DNA from: Macrostomum lignano
Lineage: Eukaryota
DNA: 64,000 nucleotides
Direction of reading: 5' to 3'
Assembly: GCA_002269645.1 (NCBI GenBank)
Contig: NIVC01002917.1
Span: 66,213 to 130,212, forward strand
Positions 1-12,594 of this stretch are shown piece after piece. The first letter of the stretch is position 1, and every line of letters begins with the position of its first letter. The translations under genes and the position numbers were made by a program. The notes under the pieces are model-generated. The model made no database searches, had not been told where the DNA came from, and saw only the letters and a program-made list of their open reading frames with translations.

Positions 1-39
1 TCCTGTAATGTCTTATCGTGTCCGAATGTCTTGTATTAC

Positions 40-457
40 CTTAGTGTCTTGGTGTGTCAGTGTCTTGGTGTGTCAGTGTCTTGGTGTGTCAGTGTCTTAG
101 TGTGTCAGTGCCTTGGTGTGTCAGTGTCTTGGTGTGTCAGTGTCTTAGTGTGTCAGTGCCTTGGTGTGTCAGTGTCTTGGTGTGTCAGTGTCTTGGTGTG
201 TCAGTGTCTTAGTGTGTCAGTGCCTTGGTGTGTCAGTGTCTTGGTGTGTCAGTGTCTTGGTGTGTCAGTGTGTTGGTGTGTCAGTGCCTTGGTGTGTCAG
301 TGTCTTGGTGTGTCAGTGTCTTGGTGTGTCAGTGTGTTGGTGTGTCAGTGTCTTGGTGTGTCAGTGTCTTGGTGTGTCAGTGTCTTGGTGTGTTAGTGTG
401 TTGGTGTGTCAGTGTCTTGGTGTGTCAGTGTCTTGGTGTGTCAGTGTGTTGGTGTGT
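40..457. repeat. 16-bp tandem minisatellite (GTGTCTTGGTGTGTCA)n
   Basis: Directly visible tandem unit, about 26 copies; explains the spurious Cys/Val ORFs at 31-527. Confidence 0.95.
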
Positions 458-914
458 AGACTACTGTAGGAAATCCGCACATGGCTTCAGTAGATGTCTG
501 GCTAATACTTGGCCCAGTGGAGAATAGCGAGGCTACTTCAGACCGTAATCAACTATTCTGGGTCAGGGGGGGGGAGCCGATCGGGTGAAACTCGAGCAGT
601 TTTGTTCGGTTAGCCGTGGATTCTGGCGAGAGAGGATCAATTTTGGCCAGATGGCTCTCGGGCGCCTCAGCCTGCCAATTTCATATTCGCTGCCAGTCAG
701 TGCATGCAGTGGACGCCCAACTTTGAGTGAAACCAGCCCAAGGGGGGGAGAGTGGGGCTCGAGTGGCCTGGCGCGAAATATGCCTGCTTGAAGAAAAGTG
801 AGCCGCATCTATACTGGAAGCTGCAGGCTTCAAGTAGTGGATAAAGTGCTCCAAAGTCTATATACCACTGTATGCTGCTTGTGTGAGGTTGCAGTCAGAA
901 AACTGCTGGACACG

Positions 915-1832
915 GAGTCTGTCTTGGCGTTTTGTCTGTCCCAGAGTCTATCCCAGAGTCTGTCCCAGAGTCTGTCCCAGAGTCTGTCCCAGAGTCTATC
1001 CCAGAGTCTGTCCCAGAGTCTGTCCCAGAGTCTGTCCCAGAGTCTATCCCAGAGTCTGTCCCAGAGTCTGTCCCAGAGTCTGTCCCAGAGTCTGTCCCAG
1101 AGTCTGTCCCAGAGTCTGTCTTGGCGTTTTGTCCGTCCCAGAGTCTGTCTTGGCGTTTTGTCCGTCCCAGAGTCTGTCCCAGAGTCTGTCCCAGAGTCTG
1201 TCTTGGCGTTTTGTCCGTCCCAGAGTCTGTCCCAGAGTCTATCCCAGAGTCTGTCCCAGAGTCTGTCCCAGAGTCTGTCCCAGAGTCTGTCCCAGAGTCT
1301 GTCCCAGAGTCTGTCTTGGCGTTTTGTCCGTCCCAGAGTCTGTCCCAGAGTCTGTCCCAGAGTCTGTCCCAGAGTCTGTCCTAGAGTCTGTCCCAGAGTC
1401 TGTCTTGGCGTTTTGTCCGTCCCAGAGTCTGTCCCAGAGTCTGTCCCAGAGTCTGTCTCAGAGTCTGTCTTGGCGTTTTGTCTGTCCCAGAGTCTGTCCC
1501 AGAGTCTGTCCCAGAGTCTGTCCCAGAGTCTGTCCCAGAGTCTGTCTCAGAGTCTGTCCCAGAGTCTGTCCCAGAGTCTGTCCCAGAGTCTGTCTCGGAG
1601 TCTGTCCCAGAGTCTGTCCCAGAGTCTGTCCCAGAGTCTGTCCCAGAGTCTGTCCCAGAGTCTGTCCCAGAGTCTGTCCCAGAGTCTGTCCCAGAGTCTG
1701 TCTCAGAGTCTGTCTCAGAGTCTGTCCCAGAGTCTGTCCCAGAGTCTGTCCCAGAGTCTGTCTCAGAGTCTGTCCCAGAGTCTGTCCCAGAGTCTGTCTC
1801 AGAGTCTGTCTCAGAGTCTGTCCCAGAGTCTG
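915..1832. repeat. 12-bp tandem minisatellite (GTCCCAGAGTCT)n with interspersed GTCTTGGCGTTTT variant units
   Basis: Directly visible; source of the SQSL/VPES/CPRV ORFs. Ends about 50 bp from the splice donor at 1879. Confidence 0.95.
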
Positions 1833-1879
1833 GGTCTCTAAGTTGTTCCTGAGCTCTCCCAGACGCCGCCGCTACTCAC

Positions 1880-2011
1880 CGAAGCAGTCGGGCTCCGCTT
1901 CTTGGCGATGCAGAAGAGGCTCAGTGTCTGCACCGACCGAATCGCCGTCTGTGCCACCTGTCAGCTGAGTTGAAGGCGGCAGCGGCCGGTGAAGCGGTGG
2001 CGGCGTGCCAG
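1880..2011 (-). CDS. MPDZ: MPDZ/Patj-like scaffold, exon after PDZ3 (Pro-rich linker); gene continues off the left edge
   Basis: cctcag| acceptor, G|gtgagt donor, 132 nt. Only the phase-1 reading is open (GTPPPLHRPLPPSTQ...EAEPDCF), matching the phase-1 end of the preceding exon. Confidence 0.7.
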
Positions 2012-2275
2012 CTGAGGAATGAGGAATTTTTATTATATCAAAATGCTTCGATATAAACTCCCTTAAGACTCATAAGCTAATACGTGACGACAGGGTAGTC
2101 TAGAACGCGCAGATTTGTTTAATTTCGGGACAGTATTTTCCAACTTCCTTCATTTTAAAGCAGAAAATTCAAAGAGATCGTGTATGATGATTATACGAGA
2201 ATCTCAATCCACCGATGCCGAATCTCAGTCTACCAATGTACCAGTAGATTGACCAAAGTCAAGCTCCCAGCTTAC

Positions 2276-2411
2276 CAGCGCAAGTTTTGAGCTGCTCAAA
2301 GATGAGTCCACGCCTGTAGCGCACGAGTCTCAGCTGCACTGGGTCGTTGGCGTTCTTTAGTATCTCAACCGCCGCGCGATTTGACTGTCCCTCGAGACAG
2401 CAATTGTTCAC
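2276..2411 (-). CDS. MPDZ: MPDZ/Patj-like exon, C-terminal half of a PDZ domain (PDZ3 in vertebrate MPDZ numbering)
   Basis: cccag|GTG...GCTG|gtaag, 136 nt, phase 0 to 1; VNNCCLEGQSNRAAVEILKNANDPVQLRLVRYRRGLIFEQLKTCA fits the PDZ betaD-alphaB-betaF region. Confidence 0.9.
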
Positions 2412-4767
2412 CTGGGCGACAATGCGACAAATTAATGAGTAATAATAATACTGCTCAGACGTTTGTCCGACAACACCAAAGATAATTAGGTGCAGAAAAT
2501 GCTGCTTGCACCCCTTGGTAGTGCTGGGGAATAAATGAATTGCGCCGCTGGTCCGCTGCCCCTCATAAATGTACGCCGGTCATGGAAGCCGGGGGGTGGT
2601 CGGTGGGTAGAGGGGGGCAGTGAGTTGCCCCTCCCTTACCCAGCCACCTCTAAGAACCTTGGAGCGTCTGTCCAACTGCCCGTCTTCCCAACCGCCCCCC
2701 CCAGTTCTAATAATCCCCTTTCCCCAGTTCCCCTTCCTCTCAAATTCTCCCCTCCGGTCTTCCTGGCTACCTTCTCCCCTCCTCCCCCCTTAAATCCCCA
2801 AAACTGCCAGCGCCTCATAAGCCCCGAAGCAGTGCAGATAAGGCGAGGGAGAAGAGAGTTTGGTAGCGGGGCAGTGCGTGTTTGGGCTTGGGGACACATG
2901 GCAGCGTCGCCAGCCAGGATCTGGTACTGGAGAGGAAGAGAGGAAGAAAGAGATTCTACCAGAGCGAAGTCTCCATCGCCCCGTGCGCGCCGGAGCCAAG
3001 CAAGCACCCACCACCCTCCTTGAATTTCCCTTTTGCTTTAATCTTTTCTGTCTTCCTTCTTCCATTTTTGCCGCTAGGGATACCCCAGATCTTGGACGCG
3101 TAACGAGCGACCCAATGGGGAAAGTTCAAGGCCTCCTCTCCCCCTTCTCTTCCCTGATCAACTCCCACGATTGCCGTCACGCTTTCGTGTCTTTCTTATT
3201 TTTCTATCATTTCCTGTCTGTCAATTTCTGTAGTGCCCTGTCGCCCTGTGCCCTGCCAGGGTCTCCGCCGCTTTCTTTCTCTCGATCAGAGGCGTCTCCC
3301 GCTCCCTCGCTTTGGTCATGAATTGTTTGATCTGCTAAAATAGGCAAAGGGGATTGCAGCCGTGTGTTTTTCTGTCTTCTGGGACGCTTCTTCTTTGAAG
3401 AGAGAAAGCGAGAAGAGCGAAGTGATGAAATTCGGGCGCTAGCTAAAAGCAGCTGGCGTTTGGCCAATGAATTCAGTCTACTATCGGAATGGAGCATCTT
3501 TTCCGCTGTCATTCACTGCGGCTCTTTATCGCAAGGTGGCCATCTGAATACAATAAATCTATCTTGCATTATTGCCTATGGACACTTCAGTAGGCGGGCA
3601 AGGCCAGCTCTGCTACTTGGGCCAGCATCGATCGATCGATTCTTTATTCGACGACAAAAACTCATCGATTTTCCATGAACGGCGAATCGAAATGGGACAT
3701 TATTATAACGGAGCTCATAGGATACGCAATGGGTAGTTTTTTTCGGTTGACATCATATGCCAAGGAACACGCAGATAAATCTATAGACTTCGAATCTACT
3801 TCATTTTTGAGACACCCTGCATCCTCATTATTCGCTTTGTTCAAAGCGAAGAACGGAGATGAGAGACAGTGAGAGAGAGGGGAGGTCAAGTCTCAACAGC
3901 CGGAAGGCCGCATGAGGTCTCGTTCGGCCAAGCTTCCTCCAGCTTGCCTCGGGAACTCTTCATCACCTTTCGCTAGGGGTCCCCCTTTGATTCGCTGGCA
4001 CCCGGCTCAGTTCCCTCTCTCCGGGCTCGTCTGGCCTCGCTCATCAATCACGGGACAGTTTTTTGTCAGGAAAAGGGATTATGCAGATTTTCAGTGGGGA
4101 TGCAGGGAGTTACCGCCAAGGAGAGCAAAGAGTGGAAAGGAGCCTGACTGAATGCTTTTTGGATTTTTAGCCAGGGGAAGCTGTGAGAAGAAGATTTCTT
4201 GTTCAGCTCCCTTAAATCTCTGGTTTTGAAGCCCAGCTTTTTGCCATTTAAAGTACAACGTAAGCAGTCAGAGTTGTTGAGATGTTTCAAGTGATAAGAT
4301 GCACTTGTGAAGAGTCAAGCCTAGCCACTATTCTGCTTTCCGGTTAGTCAACCCCACGAGGCGACGAATGATTGCTTCTGCTGTTCGGTTTCTGTTGTCT
4401 TTTTTCGAATACCTCCCTGCAGGGTCTCTTCAGAAGGAGCATGAAAAAACACTTCACTCAATGGCCAAGCTTCGTCTATCATCGCATTACAGTGGACGTG
4501 TGGAACCTATTTTTCCCAAACACAGATTCAGCATAAACAAGCGAGTGGATACCTTTCCACTTTGGTCAACGTGCAACAGTTGGTTCAGACCTCTTTTAAA
4601 ATTTACTTGAGCAACCCTTGACCCCCGGATCTACTAGAGGTAATACGATCCGGCCTTTAGAGATTTAGCGAGCGACAATCAATTAATCAATAAGCTGAAT
4701 GTAAATTCCAATTAGGAGAGACCAGATATCAGACCAAGCATGAACAGCGTTTGTGGTGCAATGACTG

Positions 4768-4995
4768 GATCTATAAATAGACCAATGTACACATACATGG
4801 TGTACACAGGGAGCGCTTAAGAATGCAATGAGGGGAGAGGTGGGAGCTGGGGGAGTGAGCGCGGAATAGGCGCAGTGGTCAAGATCTATAAATAGACCAA
4901 TTTGTACACAAATGATGCACACAGGGAGCGCTTAAGAATGCAATTAGTGGGGAGGAAGGGGCTGGGGGAGTGAGATTGCCGAGATCTATAAATAG
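4768..4995 (+). repeat. Imperfect 100-115 bp direct repeat, each unit headed by GATCTATAAATAG
   Basis: Motif at 4768, 4883 and 4983; the first two units also share CACAGGGAGCGCTTAAGAATGCAAT. Confidence 0.8.
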
Positions 4996-5136
4996 CTTAA
5001 TGTACATTTAAAAGATCCACAGTACATGTATTGCGTCAGATGGAAAGCTATAAAGTACAGGCGAATGTCGTGGACTTAGAGAGAGGCATAGAGGGTTAGA
5101 CGCATAAATGGTCAAATGTACTTATCAGCTATTTAC

Positions 5137-5228
5137 CTCTACGATGCGGTCGTTAACTGTCAGCCGGCCGTCCCGCCACGCAGCGCTGCCCTCGGCGATG
5201 CTTTTGATGAATATTCCGCTCAGTTTAG
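5137..5228 (-). CDS. MPDZ: MPDZ/Patj-like exon, middle of PDZ3
   Basis: ttccag|CT...GAG|gtaaat, 92 nt, phase 1 to 0; KLSGIFIKSIAEGSAAWRDGRLTVNDRIVE is the classic PDZ GIFVKSI...DGR...D.I segment. Missed by the ORF track. Confidence 0.92.
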
Positions 5229-6271
5229 CTGGAACAACGAACCAAGGACGGTTCCCGAGGATGGGATGATGGGAGAATGCCGAGTCAGAATTACAGCGTA
5301 TTGTTTTAAGCTCGCCTGATTACGCACAGTTGTGTGCACCGGGGGAGAGTTCTAGAGGCAGATGTTTGTCCAGCAACGCTTGACGAGAGAAATTTATTAG
5401 CGTTCGTTGATTTGCTGCGAAAATCACGGATGCGAAAATAATAAAAGACACCAGCTGCGGCAAAATGTGGACGATGCCATCTGCGTGGTCCCGAGGATCG
5501 ATATGCATCATTGTTAGGAAATTCCCTGCACTTTTTTCCTCTCCAACTGGGAATATGCGGAGAAAATCGTCGCTAGAACAACCCATTCTCTATCCTACCT
5601 TACCCCGTCATCCCGTCGGTCGGGCAACATTATTTTTTCTACCTGAGATCTGCATATAAATCCAAAGGCTTAGTAATGCGTACGTACTAATGCGGAGTTC
5701 GCAGAGGCGCTTTGTCTGTTTGCATTGCTTCAGCAAATAGGCGAACTGAGAAGTATCGACTTGTGATTATTCCGCATCTTTTTTCTCCCTCTCTCTGCTA
5801 CCCTCCCAAAGCTGGCCTTGTGTTTCGTCCCTTCATCCGGTTCGCGCGAGTGCTCAAATCTGCCCCGAAGGCTGAAGCTGGCCCCGCGGCAGGCTTCTGG
5901 CCTGCTTCATCGGCTCGGGTTACAGAGGAGAGCTGGCTGACTCTTCTTCAACTTCTTCTTCTGCATGGCACTGCTCGAATGCGCCGCACGCACGCAGACA
6001 CTCGCGCATGTATTGTTGTCAGCGAGGGGAGATGGTAATTAAACACTCAGGCGCTTGCTATGGGCCGGAATGCGCGGGGGCTCTCAACGTGTTGTGAGCG
6101 TCGGCACGGCGGCGGCTAAAGTGTGTGCTCATGCTCACTGTTCCCCGATTCTAGAATCTTTTTACTTCTTTACTTTAACAACCCAGACTCATAAATCCAT
6201 ATTTTTGCTTTAACTTTATACTCAACTCAACATGCGTTTATTTCTCTCCACACATCCACTTGTGAATAGGT

Positions 6272-7270
6272 CTACTTCTCACTCCACCCGTCAGACTAGT
6301 AACCTACTTCTCACTCCACCCGTCAGACTAGTAACCTACTTCTCATTCCACCCGTCAGACTAGTAACCTACTTCTCACTACACCCGTCAGACTAGTAACC
6401 TACTTCTCACTCCACCCGTCAGACTAGTAACCTACTTCTCACTCCACCCGTCAGACTAGTAACCTACTTCTCACTCCACCCGTCAGACTAGTAACCTACT
6501 TCTCACTCCACCCGTCAGACTAGTAACCTACTTCTCACTCCACCCGTCAGACTAGTAACCTACTTCTCATTCCACCCGTCAGACTAGTAACCTACTTCTC
6601 ACTACACCCGTCAGACTAGTAACCTACTTCTCACTCCACCCGTCAGACTAGTAACCTACTTCTCACTCCACCCGTCAGACTAGTAACCTACTTCTCACTC
6701 CACCCGTCAGACTAGTAACCTACTTCTCACTCCACCCGTCAGACTAGTAACCTACTTCTCATTCCACCCGTCAGACTAGTAACCTACTTCTCACTCCACC
6801 CGTCAGACTAGTAACCTACTTCTCACTCCACCCGTCAGACTAGTAACCTACTTCTCACTCCACCCGTCAGACTAGTAACCTACTTCTCACTCCACCCGTC
6901 AGACTAGTAACCTACTTCTCACTCCACCCGTCAGACTAGTAACCTACTTCTCATTCCACCCGTCAGACTAGTAACCTACTTCTCACTCCACCCGTCAGAC
7001 TAGTAACCTACTTCTCACTCCACCCGTCAGACTAGTAACCTACTTCTCACTCCACCCGTCAGACTAGTAACCTACTTCTCACTCCACCCGTCAGACTAGT
7101 AACCTACTTCTCACTCCACCCGTCAGACTAGTAACCTACTTCTCACTCCACCCGTCAGACTAGTAACCTACTTCTCACTCCACCCGTCAGACTAGTAACC
7201 TACTTCTCACTCCACCCGTCAGACTAGTAACCTACTTCTCACTCCACCCGTCAGACTAGTAACCTACTTA
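6272..7270. repeat. 32-bp tandem minisatellite (CACCCGTCAGACTAGTAACCTACTTCTCACTC)n, about 31 copies
   Basis: Period 32 (6285, 6317, ...); abuts and overlaps the splice donor at 7271. Confidence 0.97.
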
Positions 7271-7271
7271 C

Positions 7272-7464
7272 CCAGCGCGGTTTCTCCAACATAGCCGGCA
7301 ATTGTGATGCCCAGCCCGCCTTCGAAGCCCCTCTGCAGCTCCACCCGGAAGTGTTCCACTTCCTCTTCCTCATCGTTATCATAATCATACTTAATCCGAT
7401 CTGCGCTCGATTTCGGCTCCTCAACGGCGTCCGTGGGCCCGTTGTTGGCGGTCCTTGGCGTCAC
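7272..7464 (-). CDS. MPDZ: MPDZ/Patj-like exon, start of PDZ3
   Basis: aaatcag|GTG...CTGG|gtaagt, 193 nt, phase 0 to 1; EHFRVELQRGFEGGLGITIAGYVG matches the MPDZ PDZ3 GLGITIAGY motif. Confidence 0.92.
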
Positions 7465-7889
7465 CTGATTTGGAAATAAAGTCAAATCATCACGTGACTG
7501 CTGCAGCGATGAGTCAGAGGGGGTCTGCTGGGCGCGTTAATCTCTCTAGTCTAGAGAGAGTCTTTCCTATTATTCGGCATGGAGTCAGACAGCCTCTCAG
7601 CTTCATCTGGGAAATAGCTAATATGCAAATCACCTGGGAGAAGATCAAGGGTGGGCACATCAAAATTAACGATGAAGTGCCTGCTTTTATCGGAGGATGA
7701 TTAAGCGTTGGATAGAACAATGGGGAAAAATGGAAAAAAATTTCAAGCTAACGGTTGTTCAGTCGATAGAGAGATTGTTAAATGTCCTTATAAAAATCAT
7801 CCTCTTAAAGGTGATAATGATTGAATTCTGACTGGCTTGAGAATAGAATAGACAGTGGATCGGTGAGATTGAGCTGAGATTCGATGGCC

Positions 7890-9945
7890 AGAGATGAGAA
7901 TAGATATAAGTGGATCTGTGAGACTGAGACACGGTGGCCAGAGATTAGAATAGATATACAGTGGATCTGTGAGACTGAGACACGGTGGCCAGAGATGAGA
8001 ATAGATAAACAATGGATCTGTGAGGCTAAGACACGGTGGCCAGAGATGAGAATAGATATACAGTGGATCTGTGAGACTGAGACACGGTGGCCAGAGATGA
8101 GAATAGATATGCAGTGGATCTGTGAGACTGAGACACGGTGGCCAGAGATGAGAATAGATATACAGTGGATCTGTGAGACTGAGACACGGTGGCCAGAGAT
8201 TAGAATAGATATACAGTGGATGTGTGAGACTGAGACACGGTGGCCAGACTGAGACACGGTGGCCAGACTGAGACACGGTGGCCAGACTGAGACACGGTGG
8301 CCAGAGATGAGAATAGATATACAGTGGATCTGTGAGACTGAGACACGGTGGCCAGAGATGAGAATAGATATACAATGGATCTGTGAGACTGAGACACGGT
8401 GGCCAGAGATGAGAATAGATATACAGTGGATCTGTGAGACTGAGACACGGTGGCCAGAGATGAGAATAGATATAAGTGGATCTGTGAGACTGAGACACGG
8501 TGGCCAGAGATTAGAATAGATATACAGTGGATCTGTGAGACTGAGACACGGTGGCCAGAGATGAGAATAGATATACAGTGGATCTGTGAGACTGAGACAC
8601 GGTGGCCAGAGATGAGAATAGATATACAGTGGATCTGTGAGACTGAGACACGGTGGCCAGAGATGAGAATAGATATACAGTGGATCTGTGAGACTGAGAC
8701 ACGGTGGCCAGAGATGAGAATAGATATACAGTGGATCTGTGAGACTGAGACACGGTGGCCAGAGATGAGAATAGATATACAGTGGATCTGTGAGACTGAG
8801 ACACGGTGGCCAGTGATGAGAATAGATATACAGTGGATCTGTGAGACTGAGACACGGTGGCCAGAGATGAGAATAGATATACAGTGGATCTGTGAGACTG
8901 AGACACGGTGGCCAGAGATGAGAATAGATATACAGTGGATCTGTGAGACTGAGACACGGTGGCCAGAGATGAGAATAGATATACAATGGATCTGTGAGAC
9001 TGAGACACGGTGGCCAGAGATGAGAATAGATATACAGTGGATCTGTGAGACTGAGACACGGTGGCCAGAGATGAGAATAGATATACAGTGGATCTGTGAG
9101 ACTGAGACACGGTGGCCAGAGATTAGAATAGATATACAGTGGATCTGTGAGACTGAGACACGGTGGCCAGAGATTAGAATAGATATACAGTGGATCTGTG
9201 AGACTGAGACACGGTGGCCAGAGATGAGAATAGATATAAGTGGATCTGTGAGACTGAGACACGGTGGCCAGAGATGAGAATAGATATACAGTGGATCTGT
9301 GAGACTGAGACACGGTGGCCAGAGATTAGAATAGATATACAGTGGATCTGTGAGACTGAGACACGGTGGCCAGTGATGAGAATAGATATACAGTGGATCT
9401 GTGAGACTGAGACACGGTGGCCAGAGATGAGAATAGATATACAGTGGATCTGTGAGACTGAGACACGGTGGCCAGAGATGAGAATAGATATACAGTGGAT
9501 CTGTGAGACTGAGACACGGTGGCCAGAGATGAGAATAGATATACAATGGATCTGTGAGACTGAGACACGGTGGCCAGAGATGAGAATAGATATACAGTGG
9601 ATCTGTGAGACTGAGACACGGTGGCCAGAGATGAGAATAGATATACAGTGGATCTGTGAGACTGAGACACGGTGGCCAGAGATTAGAATAGATATACAGT
9701 GGATCTGTGAGACTGAGACACGGTGGCCAGAGATTAGAATAGATATACAGTGGATCTGTGAGACTGAGACACGGTGGCCAGAGATGAGAATAGATATAAG
9801 TGGATCTGTGAGACTGAGACACGGTGGCCAGAGATGAGAATAGATATACAGTGGATCTGTGAGACTGAGACACGGTGGCCAGAGATTAGAATAGATATAC
9901 AGTGGATCTGTGAGACTGAGACACGGTGGCCAGTGATGAAAATAG
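7890..9945. repeat. 51-bp tandem minisatellite (GAGACTGAGACACGGTGGCCAGAGATGAGAATAGATATACAGTGGATCTGT)n, about 40 copies
   Basis: Directly visible; the 17-codon period explains the WICETETRWPEMRIDIQ ORFs. Confidence 0.97.
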
Positions 9946-10592
9946 ATACAGATGCAGTGGGGTTGGTGAGAACCCTAGATCCCGTTACTCCTTAGCGATT
10001 TTCTTTTTGAAACTGTTCGGATCTTGAGGCTAATATTATTGATTGTCTGTCTTTGTGGAAGGAGGATTAGCCCCCCCCCCCAGCCTGCAGCAGCGGTAGT
10101 AGCAAGACATACAGAGTGTCTGAGCGAACTGCTGGCGCTGGGAAGGCGAGGTGGGAATAATATATATTTTTTTCTTGAGCCCGGCAGGGCAGCCATTGCA
10201 GCTGAAAACTTTGGTCTCGCCTGCTCGGTCTTGGAGCTCGCGCTTGGCTCATGTCCAAGGGGAGAGGGGGCAGGAGGGCTTTTCTTTCTTTCAAGCACAA
10301 AATCAATAATGCACTCAGACTAGCGAGGCCTCCCCTCTGGGGGAGGGGGGGGGGTTGCGAACCAGTTCAGCCCAGCACCCTCTGGCAAACACCCTCTTCA
10401 CCCTCCCATGGGGTCCGCTGTTTTATATTATATACAATATTTGAGTTGGCTTCTTAATCTTCTTGGCAAAGACACTGGCTGGGCGGAGGCTACCAAGGAC
10501 ACCCAAGAGCCAGAGTCTGGAGAATTTCCCCCCTAGGACACACTATCAAGCTTACTTCAGTTTCTCAGCTTATACGTACGAATCATCCGTAC

Positions 10593-11102
10593 GTTGTAGC
10601 CTTGAGGGGGTTGCAGCCTAGAGGGGGTTGTAGCCTTGAGGGGGTTGTAGCCTAGAGGGGTTTGTAGCCTTGAGGGTGTGCTTTAGAGGGTCGAAATTTC
10701 ACAACACCGAAAACTTAATATAACAAGAACCATGCAGTAGTTTTCTACGTTGTGAAGTTTCGACCTTGTGAAGTTTCGACTTTGTGAAGTTTCGACCTTG
10801 TGAAGTTTCGACTTTGTGAAGTTTCGACCTTGTGAAGTTTCGACCTTGTGAAGTTTCGACCTTGTGAATTTTCGACCTTGTGAAGTTTCGACTTTGTGAA
10901 GTTTCGACCTTTTGAAGCTTCGACCTTGTGAAAGTGGTTGCTATTTGAGTTTTCGATGTTAAGAAATTTCGTTGTGAAATTTCGAGTTTGTGAAACCCCC
11001 CCTCCCCGGGTGGCGACCCCCCAGTCCTTGGACTGAACAGCCGTACGCAGCCTTCAGATGTGCCGCGCAATAGCTGCGGCTGAGCTGTCGGTTGCACATC
11101 TG
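10593..11102 (+). mobile_element. Disrupted CORE-SINE copy: 5 tandem head units, internal deletion, and an inserted segment with inverted ends (about 10688-11000) carrying 16-bp GAAGTTTCGACCTTGT repeats
   Basis: Head repeats GGGGGTTGTAGCCTAGA at 10593-10680; SINE 3' half at 11008-11102; TCGAAATTTCACAAC and GTTGTGAAATTTCGA inverted around the insert. Confidence 0.75.
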
Positions 11103-11734
11103 CTTAATTGACTAAGGATTTTGCTGATCGAAAAAAAATTATTATTATATAGTATGCTCTATCGGATTTCTTGAGAGTATACTAAATGCACTTGCGATAC
11201 GACAGATAGCAACAAGAGCAGCAACTAAAATCAGCCTAATCTTGTCTTGAACACGGGCATTCGGGAAAAAGTTGGCACTCTACTCGTACTTTCTGGTCTC
11301 GGGTCTTCTTGGCGCAGCTGTCCAGAGGGGACGAGACCTGGGACTGAGTCAAAGAGAGCGCTTTCACCACAGAAGGACTAACTGAAGGTTCCAATGTCAC
11401 TACTGTTTTTAACCGTATTTTAAGTAGTAACAACTGAAAGCATCTCGATAATTTTTATTTTTGCGCTTTAAATTTAATATCAATACTCACCATAAGTCAA
11501 TTCTACAGAGTTCAATGTAAATTGCGAAATTTGTCGGTTTTGCCATAGACTAAAGCTTTGAACAAATGAAAACCATTTGAACTTTTGAAATTTCATAAGT
11601 TTTCAAATTATGAAAACACATAATTTGCTTGGCTATGCGGTAAAACTCTAAATCGGACGCGAATGAAAGACCAACTACACCTTTTCACGTTCAATTTTGA
11701 TCAAAGTCCAGTTCTAAAAAAACTAGCGGAAATT

Positions 11735-11880
11735 CAATTCAGACAATTCAGACTGGGGAAAGTTTTGTCTATGGCTAAACCTTGCTTCAGTAGCAGAATG
11801 TTTTGAACAGGATTTTGTTTTTATTGATTTTCCGTAAGCGTTGCCCCAGTCTGAATTGTCTGAATTGTCTGAATTGTCTA
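11735..11880. repeat. Short inverted repeat / foldback (ATTCAGACAATTCAGACTGGGG ... CCCCAGTCTGAATTGTCTGAAT)
   Basis: 22-bp perfect inverted arms about 85 bp apart; possible MITE remnant. Confidence 0.6.
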
Positions 11881-12594
11881 AACAGAAAATCTCGGAGATA
11901 AAGTTTCGATTTTTAAAAACCTTGCTGCAAAGGACAAAGGAAGTTCTAGTAAAGTTCATCAAAGATTGGATCGACACAAGCGCCAAAATGCAACTGTCTC
12001 GAGATAGCATACTGGTACAGAAGAAAATAGGCTTGAGATACTCGTTTGCGTACGAGACATTGGATATCTGTTTTCTAGCTTAGCACACAAATACTAGAAT
12101 AACTACTAGATGGGGGCCACTCAGCACATTTGCGTGTAAGCTACTTTTAGTTCAGTAGCAAGTTAAACAAAAGCATTTTAATGTATTTTTAAAGCCAAGG
12201 CTCATTTATTGGCTCTTACCCCAGCTTAAACCCTCCAACTGCGCCTTTCCACACTACCCCCTCCGCCCCGCCCCAATTTTTATTGCCAATTACTCGAAAA
12301 TTCCAGCCGAAAACTGCCATGTACATTTCAGTGGACTGGCTAATGTACATTATTGCTGAACCAATTAGCAAGTTGTTTACGGCTGCAAGCTCGGGCTGCT
12401 TGACTTATCAATATCGTTTCAGCTGGCTTCATTTTTATAAAATAAGCTTATGTATTCTTCTTTCCTACTGAACTGAAATTAGAAAGCTGTTTTACTAAGT
12501 ATATGCCTGTGGCTTAGCACGACAAAAGCAATTTCTACGTATGGATACGTATGGAGGCACACTGGGTTCATCGCCGCCGAATCGAAGTCGATTT

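Noticed and set aside
1880-2011. Idea that this exon is an insertion in the PDZ3 loop
   Set aside because: The missing PDZ3 exons at 5137-5228 and 2276-2411 were found, so it follows the domain.
6272-9945. CRISPR-like reading of the 32-51 bp arrays
   Set aside because: Units are head-to-tail with no unique spacers, there are no cas genes, and the DNA is eukaryotic.
11236-11433. piggyBac-like Cys-rich tail (CAKKTRDQKVRVECQLFPECPC)
   Set aside because: Cys spacing is incomplete and there is no transposase core or TTAA-flanked TIR nearby.
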